Assembly: GCF_020745735.1 (NCBI RefSeq)
Contig: NC_083401.1
Coordinates: 167,390,018-167,454,017 of the forward strand
Origin: Hemiscyllium ocellatum
Taxonomy: Eukaryota
Direction of reading: 5' to 3'
DNA length: 64,000 nt
Below the pieces are notes generated by a model. The model was not told where the DNA came from, ran no database searches, and saw only the letters and a program-made list of their open reading frames with translations. This document shows positions 25,985-37,440 of this stretch, piece by piece (position 1 is the stretch's first letter; each line of letters opens with the position of its first letter). The translations under genes were made by a program, and so were the position numbers.

Positions 25985-26904
25985 AACAAAAACTTCCAGC
26001 TCGGCGAACAGAACCACTACATTTACAAGGATGTTGCCAGAGTTGGAGATTTGAACTATAGGAAGAGGTTAAACAGGCTATGGCTGTTTTCCCTGGAGCA
26101 TCGCATGTTGAGTGGTGATATTATAGAGGTGAACAAAATCATGAGGGGCATGGATAGGATAAATAGACAAAGTCTTTTCCCTAAAATCAGGGAGTCCAGA
26201 ACTAAAGGCATAGGTATAGGGTGAAAGGATAAAGATATAAGAGAGACCCGAGTGGCAACGTTTTCACACAGAGGAAGTGGTAGAGCCTGGTACAATTGCA
26301 ACATTTAAAAGGCATTTGGATGGGTATATGAATAGGACAGATTTGGATACATATGGGCTGGGTGCTGGGACTAGATTGGGTTGAGATAGCTGGTCAGCAT
26401 GGACAGGTTGGACTGAAGCATGTTCCATGCTGTACATCTCTAATACTCTATGACTCTATCTTCAACCGTCCCTTCTATAATATAAGTCCGAAAAGAAACC
26501 CTCGAATGAAGATTGACCAAAAATTCAAGTTTGTAAAAGCAGCCAACCGTCGAAGCTTCTACTTGGATCTACAGATGTCTTCTTTTCTTCTTCTTAGGGA
26601 ATAAGCTTCACAGGTCATGGATCAATAAAGGTACCTTTAGGGAAACTATTCTCTGGGCACTCTGCAGATGTCGTTGGTTTGGTTGTTCTCCTCCCAACTG
26701 TTCAATTTTCCCCTGTCTTATACTCCCAAAGCATCAGATTGCGTCTTTGGCATTTAAGATTGTCAATATACTCAATTCAAACTTGATTGAAATTTGGTAT
26801 CTTTTGAGGTATAATTTAAACCGATTGGTCTAAATCAGTTTTGTCGTTTCTAGCTAATGTAGCTTTCGACCAAGTGTTACATTGTTACATTACTGAGAAC
26901 CTGT

Positions 26905-28860
26905 CAGGTATAGACAGGATAGGTCGAGTCAATCCTTAGAAGAGTATAAAGAAAGTAGGAGTATACTTAAGAGGGAAATCAGGAGGGCAAAACGGGGACA
27001 TGAGATAGCTTTGGCAAATCGAGTTAAGGAGAATCCAAAGGGTTTTTACAAATATATTAAGGACAAAAGCGTAACTAGGGAGAGAATAGGGCCCCTCAAA
27101 GATCAGCAAGGCGGCCTTTGTGTGGAGCCACAGAAAATGGGGGAGATACTAAATGAATACTTTGCATCAGTATTTGCTGTGGAAAAGGATATGGAAGATA
27201 GAGACTGTAGGAAATAGATGGTGACACCTTGCAACATGTCCATATTGCAGAGGAGGAAATGCTGGCTGTCGTAAAGTGCCTAAAGGTGGATAAATCAACA
27301 GGACGTGATCAGGTATACTGTAGAATCTGTGGGAAGCTAGAGAAGTGATTACTGGGCCTTTTGCTGTGATATCTGTATCATCGATAGTCCGAGGTGAGGT
27401 GCCGGAAGACTGGAGGTTGGATAACGTGGTGCCATTGTTTAAGAAGGGTGGTAAGGACAAGCCAGGGAACTATGGGCCAATGAACCTGACGTCGTTGGTG
27501 GGCAAATTGTTGGAGGGAACCCTGAGGGACAGGATGCACATGTATTGGGAAAGGTAAGGATTGATTCGAGATAGTCAACTTGGCTTTGTGCGTGGGAAAT
27601 CATGTCTCACAAACTTGTTGGAGTTTTTTGAAGTAATAAAGAAGTTTGATGAGGGCAGAGCAGTAGATGTGATCTATATGGACTTCAATAAGGCGTTCGA
27701 CAAGGTTCCCCATGGGAGACTGATTAGCAAGTTAAATCTCACAGAAGACAGGGAGAACTAGCCATTTGGATACAGAACTGGCTCAAAGGTAGAAGACAGA
27801 GGGTGATGGTGGAGGGTTGTTTTTCAGACTGGAAGCCTGTGACCAGTGGAGTTCTGGAAGGATCAGTGCTGGGCCCTCTACTTTTTGTCATTTACGTAAA
27901 TGATTTGGATGCGAGCATAAGGGGAACAGTTAGTAAGTTTGCAGATGACACCAATATTGGAGGTGTAGTGGGCAGCGAAGAGGGTTACCTTGGATTACAA
28001 CAGGATCTGGGCCAGAAGGGCAAATGGGCTGAGAAGTGGCAGATGGAGTTTAATTCAGATAAATGCGAGGTGCTGCATTTTTGGAAAGCAAGTCTTAGCA
28101 GGACTTATACACTTCGTGGTCAGGTATAGGGAGTGTTGCTGAACAAAGAGCTGTTGGAGTGCAGGTTCATAGCTCCTTTAAAGTGGAGTCACAGCTAGAT
28201 AGGATAGTGAAGAAGGCATTTGGTATGCTTTCTTTATCGTTCAGAATATTGAGTATAAGAGTTGGGAGGTCATGCTGCGGCTGAACAGAACATTGGTTAG
28301 GCCACTGTTGGAATATTGCATGCAATTCTGGTCTCCTTCCTATCAGAAAGATGTTGTGAAACCTGAAAGGGTTCAGAAAAGATCTACAAGGATGTTGCCA
28401 GAGTTGGAGGATTAGAGTTGTAGGGAGAGGCTGAACAGGCTGGGGCTGTTTTCCCTGGAGCGTCGGAGGCTGAGGGGTGACCCTATAGAGGTTTACAAAA
28501 TTATGAGGGGCATGGATAGGATAAAAAGACAAAGTCTTTTCCCTGGGGTTGGGGAGTCCAGAACTAGAGGGCATAAGTTTAGGGTGAGAGGGGAATGATA
28601 TAAAAGAAACCTAAGAGGCAAATTTGTCATGCAGAGGGTGGGATGTGTATGGAATGAGCTGCCACAGGATATGGTGGAGGCTGGTACAACTGCAACATTT
28701 AAGAGGCATTTGGATGGGTATATGAATAGGAAGGGTTTGGAGGGTTATGGGCCGGGTGCTGGCAGGTGGGACTAGCTTGGGTTGGGATATTAAGTTGGCA
28801 CGGACAGGTTAGACCGATGGGTCTGTTTCCATTCTCTATGACTCGATGACTCTATGACTT
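26905..28860 (+). mobile_element. 5'-truncated CR1 LINE with 3' tail
   Basis: NPKGFYKYIK, RT motifs, SKFADD; ends in (ctatgact)n-like tail. Confidence 0.9.
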
Positions 28861-28869
28861 GGTACTATG

Positions 28870-30175
28870 TCAGGTAGTTCTGCCAGCTTTTAACTCTGTT
28901 AAAGGTACAGTACACCCACATCTTCAAAACACCACCCGCCTTAAGAAGGAAAAGATGAATGATCATAATGAAAAGATGGATTTGTGTTTTTCTCTGTTCT
29001 TTAAAGACATTAGCCTAACATAAACACAACTTGTATTTAAGTTCACCTTAACGTCTTTCCATATATATGAATATAACATTAAATAAAGACAAATCTCATC
29101 TAAACTTTATCATTTAAATCCACGATAATGCATCTGCAATTACATTTCTATGAGCTGCAATATGTATAATTTTTAAATTAGAAGTCTGCAACATAAGATT
29201 CCAACGAGGTAGTCTCATATTCTAATCTTCAAAGTGTTCTAAGTGTGTTCTGAATCGTGTACACATCAGTCTCTGACATATTGTTCATGACATACACATT
29301 AAAATGTTGTAAGGACAGTGCCAAACTCAATAGCTCCTCTTCAATTGTGGAGTATTTCCTCTGGTGGATTTTGATCTTCTTCGAAAAGTAACCAACTCGC
29401 AGTTCAGTCCCATCCTAATCTTCCTCGAGGATTACAGCTCCAACTCCAATGTCACTCGCATTGATGGTGACTTTAAAAGATTTTGAAAATTGTGCTGTAG
29501 CTTGGTTGGGTGGTTAATATCAATTTCAAATGGTCGAATGCCTCCTGGCATTGTTCTCTCCACTGAAACTTTGTGTTCTTCTTCAGCAAATTGGTTAATG
29601 TTGCCACCACACTACTGACATTTGGAACAAACTTCCGATAGAATCTGCTGAGGCCTCAGAATTGATGCACTTTTTTTCGAGATAGGTCGTGAAAATTCCT
29701 CAATGGACTTCATCTTTGTATTCCATGGGGTAAACTTTTCATGACCGATATTATGTCCCAAGATCATCAACTCTGCTTTCAAGAATTCCATTTTATTTAA
29801 GTTTCTCATAATATTTGCTGCTCTAAGTTGTTCGAAGGGCTCTGCCAACTGTACCATGGGTTCTTTCCAGGACTTTCTAATGATCAGTACATCATCCAAA
29901 TAGACCACATTTTGTTTACAAAGCCACAACTCTCTTCATGGGTCTGTGAAAGGTGGTGAGTGTGTTCTTCATTCCAAAGGGCATCACTATTAACAGACGT
30001 AGCCCATTTGGGGTTACAAATGCAAACCGTTTTCTCCATCTCTGATAAAGGTACCTGCCAGTAACCACATAGTAAGTCCAACTTGGTGATGTACCTGGTT
30101 TGTGGATTTTCTCGATACAGTCGTCCAATTTCCTAACAGTGTTGTCCTTCTGATAATTCTCACAGAATCCTGTCA
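28870..30175 (-). mobile_element. Decayed Gypsy/Ty3 LTR retrotransposon pol remnant
   Basis: DLLCGYWQVPL, AFVTPNG..MPFGMKN, VYLDDVLI, LGHNIG..RP (RT and connection region) across three frames. Confidence 0.8.
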
Positions 30176-30899
30176 ACATTTATTTAATTAATTTCGATGG
30201 ACCTCTCACTTCATGACTGAATATTCACTCGAAGGGAGTGAACTGAATAGATTCATTTGGGGCATCTCTAATGGCAAAAAATACCAAATGGATGCCTTCA
30301 TCCCAGTCATTCAGATCGTACTAATAAAATGCTCTCAACGTGGTCGCCAAGGTTTTATGCCACCTTTCAGAAACTCCCTGGCATCCCGGATGATATGCAC
30401 TGGATTTAAAGTGCTGTATAACTAAGTTATCCATAACTTCGTAAGCTGCCTAGCAGTAAAAAGTGACCAGTGGCCTGACTGAATCTCTCTGGATATCACA
30501 TACCATGTGAAAAAAGCTACTATCTCCTCTACTAAACTTTTGCCTTGATGTGTCACAACAAGGTTTTCACAAAGAGCAAAGTACAAGAAGGGGGTGTTCA
30601 CTATTCCCTGATGTCTAACTGCATTTGTGAGCGACAGGTGAATCAGTGAAATACATTCAGGATGTTACTGTACATATTTCAGTAGATGCTGTGTACATGG
30701 CAGTCTCCCATAAACCAGCAATGACATGGACATCTATTTTTTGATGGTGTTTGAAGCAAAATAAAATTGAACAATACGGCTGGGAGAACTTCCTTTCAAT
30801 TCTTTGAACTAATATCAAGAGACTCTCTTTGTGGACCTGGGGTGGCAAGAGGATCTTTAGTTTAATAACGTAGCAGAATGTGAGGGAACAGAGTCACCG

Positions 30900-31295
30900 T
30901 TAAAATCCAGATGGACTGGAACATTTTTCACTGGAGGGTGAGAGTTCGAGGGGTGACCTTATACAAGTTTATAAAGTCTTAAGTGTTAAGGTGAATGGCG
31001 AAGTCTTTTCCCTCAGGTGGGGGATTTCGACTGAAGGAGATTGTTTTAAGGAAAAAAATAAAAAGATATCAGAGGCAAGTGTTTACACTGAATGGTTCGT
31101 GTGTGGGATGAGTTGGAACTGGGTACTGTTACAACTTTTAAAAGACATTTGCATAATTACATGAATATTAAATGTTTGGAAGGATACGGGTCAAGTTCAC
31201 ACAGGTGGGATTAATTTAGTTTGGGATTATGACTGGCATGGACTAGTTGGACCGAAGGGTCTGTTTCCATCCTGTATCATTCCATGACTCTATGA
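30900..31295 (+). mobile_element. CR1 3' fragment
   Basis: ggggtgaccttatacaagtttataa...gaccgaagggtctgtttcc. Confidence 0.8.
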
Positions 31296-31514
31296 ATATT
31301 TATCTTTTTTTTCTCAATATTATACATGCTGTTGTGATTTTCCAGTGAACTGTTGATGTTTAGATAGTGTCCGAGACTCTGCGAATATTTCCTTTAATGT
31401 TCTCCAAGTTACACAACTGAAAAAGGAGATTTTCTCCATCAATGTTGCTGAGTAGATTTGTTTCTGTGGTGGCAGTGGTTATGGTTTGAAGTTGGCTTAC
31501 CAGCAAATGGTCAT

Positions 31515-31645
31515 TCCTGATGAAGGGCTTTTGCCCGAAACATCGATTTTCCTGCTCCTCGGATTCTGCCTGACCTGCTGTGCGTTTCCAGCACCACTCT
31601 TATCTTGACTCTAATCTTCAGCATCTGCAGTCCTCTCTTTCGCCC
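31515..31645 (+). mobile_element. Penelope-derived short element with hammerhead motif
   Basis: ttcCTGATGAagggcttttgcccGAAAcatcga (cleavage triplet GUC changed to AUC) plus the family tail. Confidence 0.8.
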
Positions 31646-32084
31646 TTTTTCCCAGAAAGTGGTCAACCGTGTGATAAAATATCTTTCATCCACTGTAGGA
31701 ATGCCAGATGCTTCCGGTAAATGAAACTGGCAACTCTTCTGCACTCTGCTTAATTGCTGCCAATTATTGTATCTGTCAGATTAAATGGAAAATCAATCAA
31801 CAAGGATAAAATCCTACCAAACAAACTATATTTTCTCATTTATCCAGCATGGACACAGTTCACTTGGCATTTCTTCTTTAAAAAGGAAATTCATCGAATC
31901 CAGCGTTCACTGTGTGACTATCGGCAAACAGGAAACCGACTGCATGGCAGGAACTTCTTTACTTCCACCCAAAGGACATTCCAGTTGGTTCGCCCTGTTT
32001 CTTGTGTATCTTTAAATCGCTTGAATGTGAAGTTAGTGGATCCAAACACCCACATTGCACTAACATTTCTTATCGTCTCAAAGA

Positions 32085-34141
32085 CATCTGGAGACTGTTT
32101 AAGGAACAGTTGTTGCAAGTGATGAATAAATATGTTCCTCTGAGACAGGCAAGAAGTGGTAAGATAAAGGAACCTTGGATGACGAGAGCGGTGGAGCTTC
32201 TCGTCAAAAGGAAGAAGGTAGCTTACATAAAGTGGAGGTAGCTAGGGTCAAGCACAGCTCTGCAGGATTACAGGCAGGTGAGGAAGGAGCTCAAAAATGG
32301 TCTGAGGAGAGCCAGGAGGGGGCATGAGAAAGGCTTGGCAGAATAGATTAGGGAGAACACAAAGGCATTTTACACTTATGTGAGGAATAAGAGAATGGTC
32401 AAAGAAAGAGTAGGGGCAATCAGGGATAGCATAGGGAATTTGTGTGCGGAGTCTGAGGAGGTAGGGGAAGCCCTAAATGAGTTTTTTTGCTTCTGTCTTT
32501 ACAAAAGAAACGAAATTTGTAGTGAATGAAACCTTTGAAGAGCAGGTGTGTATGCTGAAATGGATAGAGATAGAGGAAGCTGATGTGCTGAAAATTTTGT
32601 CAAACATTAAGATTGACAAGTCGCCAGGCCCGGACCAGATTTGTCCTCGGCTGCTTTGGGAAACGAGAAATGTAATTGCTTCGCCATTTGCGAAGATCTT
32701 TGCATCCTCGCTCTCCACTGCAGTCGTACCTGAGGACTGAGAGAGGCAAATGTAATTCCTGTTTTCAAGGAAGGAAATAGGGAAATCCCCGGGAATTACA
32801 GACCAGTCAGTCTCACGTCTGTCGTCTGCAAGGATTCTGAGGGACAGGATTTATGACCATCTGGAAGAGCATGGCTTGATTAAATGCAGTCAACACGGCT
32901 TTGTGAGGGGCAGGTCATGCCTCACAAACCTTATCGAGTTCTTTGAGGATGTGACTAGAAAAGTTGATGAGGGTTGAGCTGTGGATGTGGTGTATATGGA
33001 CTTCAGCAAGGCATTTGATAAGGTTCCCCATGGTAGGCTCATTCAGAATGTCAGGAGGAATGGGATTCAGGGGAACACAGCTGTCTGGATACAGAATTGG
33101 CTGGCCAACAGAAGACAGCGAGTGGTAGTAGAAGGAAAATATTCTGCCTGGAAGTTTGTGGTGAGTGGTGTTCCACAGGGCTCTGTTCTTGGGCCTCTAC
33201 TCTTTGTAATCTTTATTAATGACTTGGATGAGGGGATTGAAGGATGGGTCGGCAAGTTTGCAGATGACACAAAGGTTGGAGGCGTCGTTGACGGTATAGA
33301 GGGCTGTTGTAGGCTGCAGCGGGACATTGACAGGATGCAGAGATGGGCTGAGAGGTGGCAGATGGGGGTCAACCTGCATAAATGCGAGTTGATGCATTTT
33401 GGAAGGTCGAATTTGAAAGCCGAGTACAGGATTAAGGATAGGATTCTTGGCAGTGTGGAGGAACAGAGGGATCTTGGGGTGCAGATACATCGATCCCTTA
33501 AAATGGCCACCCAAGTGAACAAGGTTGTTAAGAAAGCATATGGTGTTTTGGCTTTCATTAACAGGGGCATTGAGTTTAAGAGTCGTGAGATCTTATTACA
33601 GCTCTATAAAACTTTGGTTAGACCGCACTTGGAATACTGCGTCCAGTTCAGGTCGTCCTATTATAAGAAAGATGTGGATGCTTTGGAGAGGGTTCAGAGG
33701 AGGTTTACCAGGATGTTGCCTGGACTGGAGGGCTTATCTTATGAAGAGAGGTTGACTGAGCTAGGACTTTTTTCATTGGAGAAAAGGAGGAGAAGAGGGG
33801 ACCTAATTGAGGTATACAAGCTAATGAGAGGCATAGATAGAGTCGATAGCCAGAGACTATTTCCCAGGGCAGAAATGACCAACACTAGGGGTCATAGTTT
33901 TAAGCTGGTTGGGGGAAAGTATAGAGGGGATGTCAGAGGCGGGTTCTTTACACAGAGAGTTGTGAGAGCATGGAATGCATTGTCAGCAACAGTTGTGAAG
34001 GCAGGGTCATTGGGGACATTTAAGAGACTCCTGGACATGCATGTGGTCACAGAAATGTGAGGGTGCATACATGAGGATCAGTGGTCGGCACAACATCATG
34101 GGCTGAAGGGCCTGTTCTGTGCTGTACTGTTCTATGTTCTA
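32085..34141 (+). mobile_element. Young 5'-truncated CR1 LINE; RT C-terminal half open (32981-34060)
   Basis: MDFSKAFDKVPH, GVPQGSVLGPLLF, GKFADDTK; tail tgttctatgttcta. Upstream ORF2 has stops and indels. Confidence 0.93.
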
Positions 34142-34254
34142 AATATGCTATTCAGCAAAACAATATCCCAAGATGTTCTGGATGTAAACTCTCTAAAACT
34201 CTCAAAACTCTCTAATCCCAAGATGTGTACATGTCCATGTTTAAGAATAATCTC

Positions 34255-34378
34255 ATGTAAATATCTGAGCCCATCTGTTCGGGCTGTGCAAGGTGATAGC
34301 AGGATCCAATCTCAGCCTCCAGCAGGAAACCAACAGGCGGAAGCTGTAAGACTGCCCCTTTCTGATGGCCATATAAAT
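34255..34378 (+). promoter_or_regulatory. Probable IgH V promoter: octamer-like ATGTAAAT (34255) and TATAAAT (34372)
   Basis: Position about 210 and 90 bp upstream of the leader ATG; function inferred. Confidence 0.45.
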
Positions 34379-34463
34379 CCTGGGCACTGCATGGTAATTT
34401 AACACTCCTGGGTCGGATTTGTTTCGAAAGATCTTGACCAAACCGTTTCCACAAGTTATCAGA

Positions 34464-34512
34464 ATGATTGTAACCGCAATTTTTCTCAGTTTGTTACTGA
34501 CCTACTTATCAT
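34464..34512 (+). pseudogene. IgH leader exon MIVTAIFLSLLLTYLS(C)
   Basis: Shark VH-type signal peptide, phase-1 donor GTGCGC (weak). Confidence 0.85.
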
Positions 34513-34637
34513 GTGCGCATTTTTGTTCAAGTCTTTTTTCTTCCTGTCTCAATGTTAGTTTACCTCAGGAATGTAAAAGACTTAACCATCATTTCATCAG
34601 CATTAATGTTGATGTTATATTTGTTTTCTTTTTAAAT

Positions 34638-34942
34638 GTGTCCAGTCGGAGGTTATTTTGACTCAGCCAGAGGCAAAGACTGGCCGTCCCGGAGGCAGCC
34701 TGAAACTAACCTGTAAAACCAGCGGGTTCGATCTTGGCAGCTACTGCATGAGCTGGGTCCAACAGGTTCCCGGACAGGGCCTGGAGTGGCTGGTTAGCAA
34801 CTATATTGCATCTAGCAATTACTATGCCTCGGCGATTAAGGGTCGGCTTACTGCATCCAAGTGCACTTCAAACAACATCTTCGCGTTAGACATGAGTAAC
34901 CTGAAGATCGAAGACCCCGCCATCAATTAATGTGCAAGACAG
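34638..34942 (+). pseudogene. Shark IgM-type VH segment, inactivated
   Basis: [82 protein letters not shown] is changed to N*C (TAA at 34928-34930); acceptor reads AT instead of AG at 34636-34637. Confidence 0.95.
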
Positions 34943-34981
34943 CACAGCGAGAGGAACCAGGACTGGGCTCATTCAAACCCA
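34943..34981 (+). other. VH recombination signal: heptamer CACAGCG, ~22-bp spacer, degenerate nonamer
   Basis: Directly follows CAR; spacer agaggaaccaggactgggctca, then ttcaaaccc. Confidence 0.8.
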
Positions 34982-35351
34982 GCTCAAAGGGATATTTTGT
35001 CAAATCCATCATAAACTCATTGTCAGTACGAGTTTTACATGCAATAATACCAACTACGATCTGAAGCAGACCTCATGCTACCTCTAACAAAACTATCAAA
35101 GAGGAACTTGCTGTTTAAACTAGCAAACTAGGTGATACAATGGGACAATGTTTTGGGCATGTTATATTGTACTGCTCACACTTCCATCAACTAAATGCTT
35201 TAACATGTTAGTTGTAATATATCTGACAGCTCAGGAAATCACAGCTAATTGTGTTATGTAACTATGGCATTAATTCGAAGCACGATCAGTACTAAATGTC
35301 TAAATGAAAGTTGAGACCGAGAGTAGAAAACAGAGAATGAGTATACTAGAT

Positions 35352-35410
35352 CACTGTGATACTACAGTGGGTCACAGTGATGTGCACAATGACATCCTCA
35401 TATAAAAACC
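35352..35410 (+). other. DH segment (ATACTACAGTGGGT, 35359-35372) with 5' heptamer CACTGTG and 3' RSS CACAGTG-22-ATAAAAACC
   Basis: Direct read; lies about 410 bp after VH, as expected for D1 in a shark V-D1-D2-J cluster. No nonamer at 12-bp spacing on the 5' side. Confidence 0.9.
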
Positions 35411-36529
35411 ACTGACAAGGGTTTATCTCAAGTTGGTGATTACTACCATGGCAGGAGCGAGAAAAATGTAAAACACAATTTAAATGCAATCCAGTAGTGC
35501 TAGTTTGTACAAATGAATATTTTTCTACTTTTTTCGTGTTGGTTGCCACGTTAAATGCAGACCAAACCTGTGAAAGTATTCCAAGTTTTAAAAATAGAAT
35601 GATTAGTAATGCTGAAATATTGCACTGAATCATTTTTAAAGACTCTGAATCACTGCTTTCCATGAAGCGTTGAAATTAATTATCTGCATTTTACAATTTG
35701 CAGTTTACAGTCTGCCCTAGTATTTGACACAATGTGTCTTATACTGACATAGCTCCTCTCTTGCTTATTGGTGATGGTTTATTTTGTTAATTTTGTCGAT
35801 GACAAGCACGTTAGAAATTGTCATAAAATTTTCTTGCGGTGCTATATTTCATCCTGATATGTTAGATTCTGATTTTGTTTTAGTTAATTCTGTTGAACTG
35901 AGTTGTTTGGCTTTTGAATTCGTTTTATTTGATTCTGTTGAATTGAATTGTTTGGATTCTAATCATCTTTCATTTAAACCTGTTGTTTTGAGTTGATTGG
36001 AATCTGATTTTATTTTCCTTGATTCTGTTTAATTGAATTGATTGAATTCTTATTCAGTTTGTGGAATTGATCTGCGTATTCATGCTTTCAGTAATTGGTG
36101 TTTTCTTTCTGGTGAGGAGATTCTCTCTGGATTACTTTTAATCACGAATACTTGTGAAGTTCTTTGTTTTTCCTGAATCGTTTCTGCATTTGTTAAACTC
36201 GTATGGCATTTTTTTTTCTCTGATTGATTAAAAACATTTTATCTGTTTGCAATTGTCTGAAAACCAACGTAAGGCAGAAACACAGAAGTGTGAGAAATAA
36301 AAAAGAAACGACATTTAAGTGCATTGACTTTTTTTAATCTCAGTTCTAATTGTAAACTAAGTAAAGTTTGTTTTGAGTAACCTCATTCAAAATAAAAGTT
36401 GGGACTAAAATCTTAAACTGCAGAATTGATCAGATTACGTAACTGAAATTAAACTTAGTATAACATTATAATTATAATGTGATAATGTTTGTCCATTGAA
36501 CTAATTTTGTTTTGACCTTTAAGTGATTA

Positions 36530-36714
36530 GGTCAGGCAGCATCCAAGGAGCAGGAGAATCGACGTTTCGGGCATGAGCCCTTCTTCCTGAAGAAGGGCTC
36601 ATGCCCGAAACGTCGATTCTCCTGCTCCTTGGATGCTGCCTGACCTGCTGCGCTTTTCCAGCAACACATTTTCAGCTCTGATCTCCAGCATCTGCAGTCC
36701 TCACTTTCTCCTTA
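36530..36714. mobile_element. Perfect-palindrome Penelope-derived short element with hammerhead motif and 9-bp TSD
   Basis: 57-bp perfect arms 36530-36586 and 36589-36645 with loop CT; CTGAAGA..gggc-tcat-gccc-GAAAC-GTC; AAGTGATTA at 36521-36529 and 36715-36723. Confidence 0.93.
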
Positions 36715-36839
36715 AAGTGATTACTCAATCTATGCCTTCAACTGCTCGACTGTGCACTGCACAAGATTGACATGATCAGGAAGGGTGTACAGGTTGGAAA
36801 TAAATTGAACTATTGGAAGAAACGTTAATGCTTTAAGTC

Positions 36840-37440
36840 ATTGAGTCATAGAGATATACAGCACAAAAACATACCCTTTGGTCCAACTCATTCATGCTGA
36901 CCAAATATCCCAACCAAATCTAGTCCCATCTGCCTGCACTCGGCCCATATCCCTCCAAACCCTTCCTATTCATATAGCCATCCAGATGCCTTTTAAATGT
37001 TGCAAAAGTATTAGTCTCCACAACTTCATCTGGTAGCTCATTCCATACACATGCCACACTCTGCATGAAAAAGTTGCCCCTTATCTTTCCCCTCTCACCC
37101 TAAACCTATGCCCTCTAGTTCTGGACTCTCCCATCCAGGGAAAAAACTTTGTCTATTTATCCTATTCATGCCCTTCATGATTTTATAAACCTCTGTCAGG
37201 TCACCCCTCAGCCTCTGACGCTCTAGGGAAAATGGCCCTGGCTTATTCAACCTCTCCTTATAGCTCAAATCCTCCAACCCTGGCAATGTCCTTGTAAATG
37301 TTTTCTGAACCCTTTCAAGTTTCACAACATCATTCCAATAGGTGGAGACTAGAATTGCACGAAATATTAGGCTTGATGAAATAGTGGCCTAACGAATGCC
37401 CTGTACAGCTGCAACATGACTTCCCAACTCCTGTACTCTG
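36840..37440 (-). mobile_element. CR1 3' fragment
   Basis: Reverse ORF KLERVQKTFTRTLPGLEDLSYKERL. Confidence 0.9.

Larger units (their letters stand above)
22910..26020. mobile_element. Penelope-like element inserted as a fold-back inverted duplication with 9-bp TSD
   Basis: Arms 22952-24306 and 24666-26020 (1355 bp each) are near-identical reverse complements; ATTTACAAG at 22901-22909 and 26021-26029. Confidence 0.95.
21140..26460 (+). mobile_element. CR1 LINE (ORF1 esterase part, deletion, ORF2 RT, 3' end) interrupted by a SINE fragment and by the Penelope palindrome
   Basis: IVLGDSV (ORF1); RT motifs QHGFVRGKSCLTNL, MDFSKAFDKVPH, GKFADGTK. The phrase cagaaaagatttacaag|gatgttgcc is split at 22909/26021. 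Confidence 0.88.
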
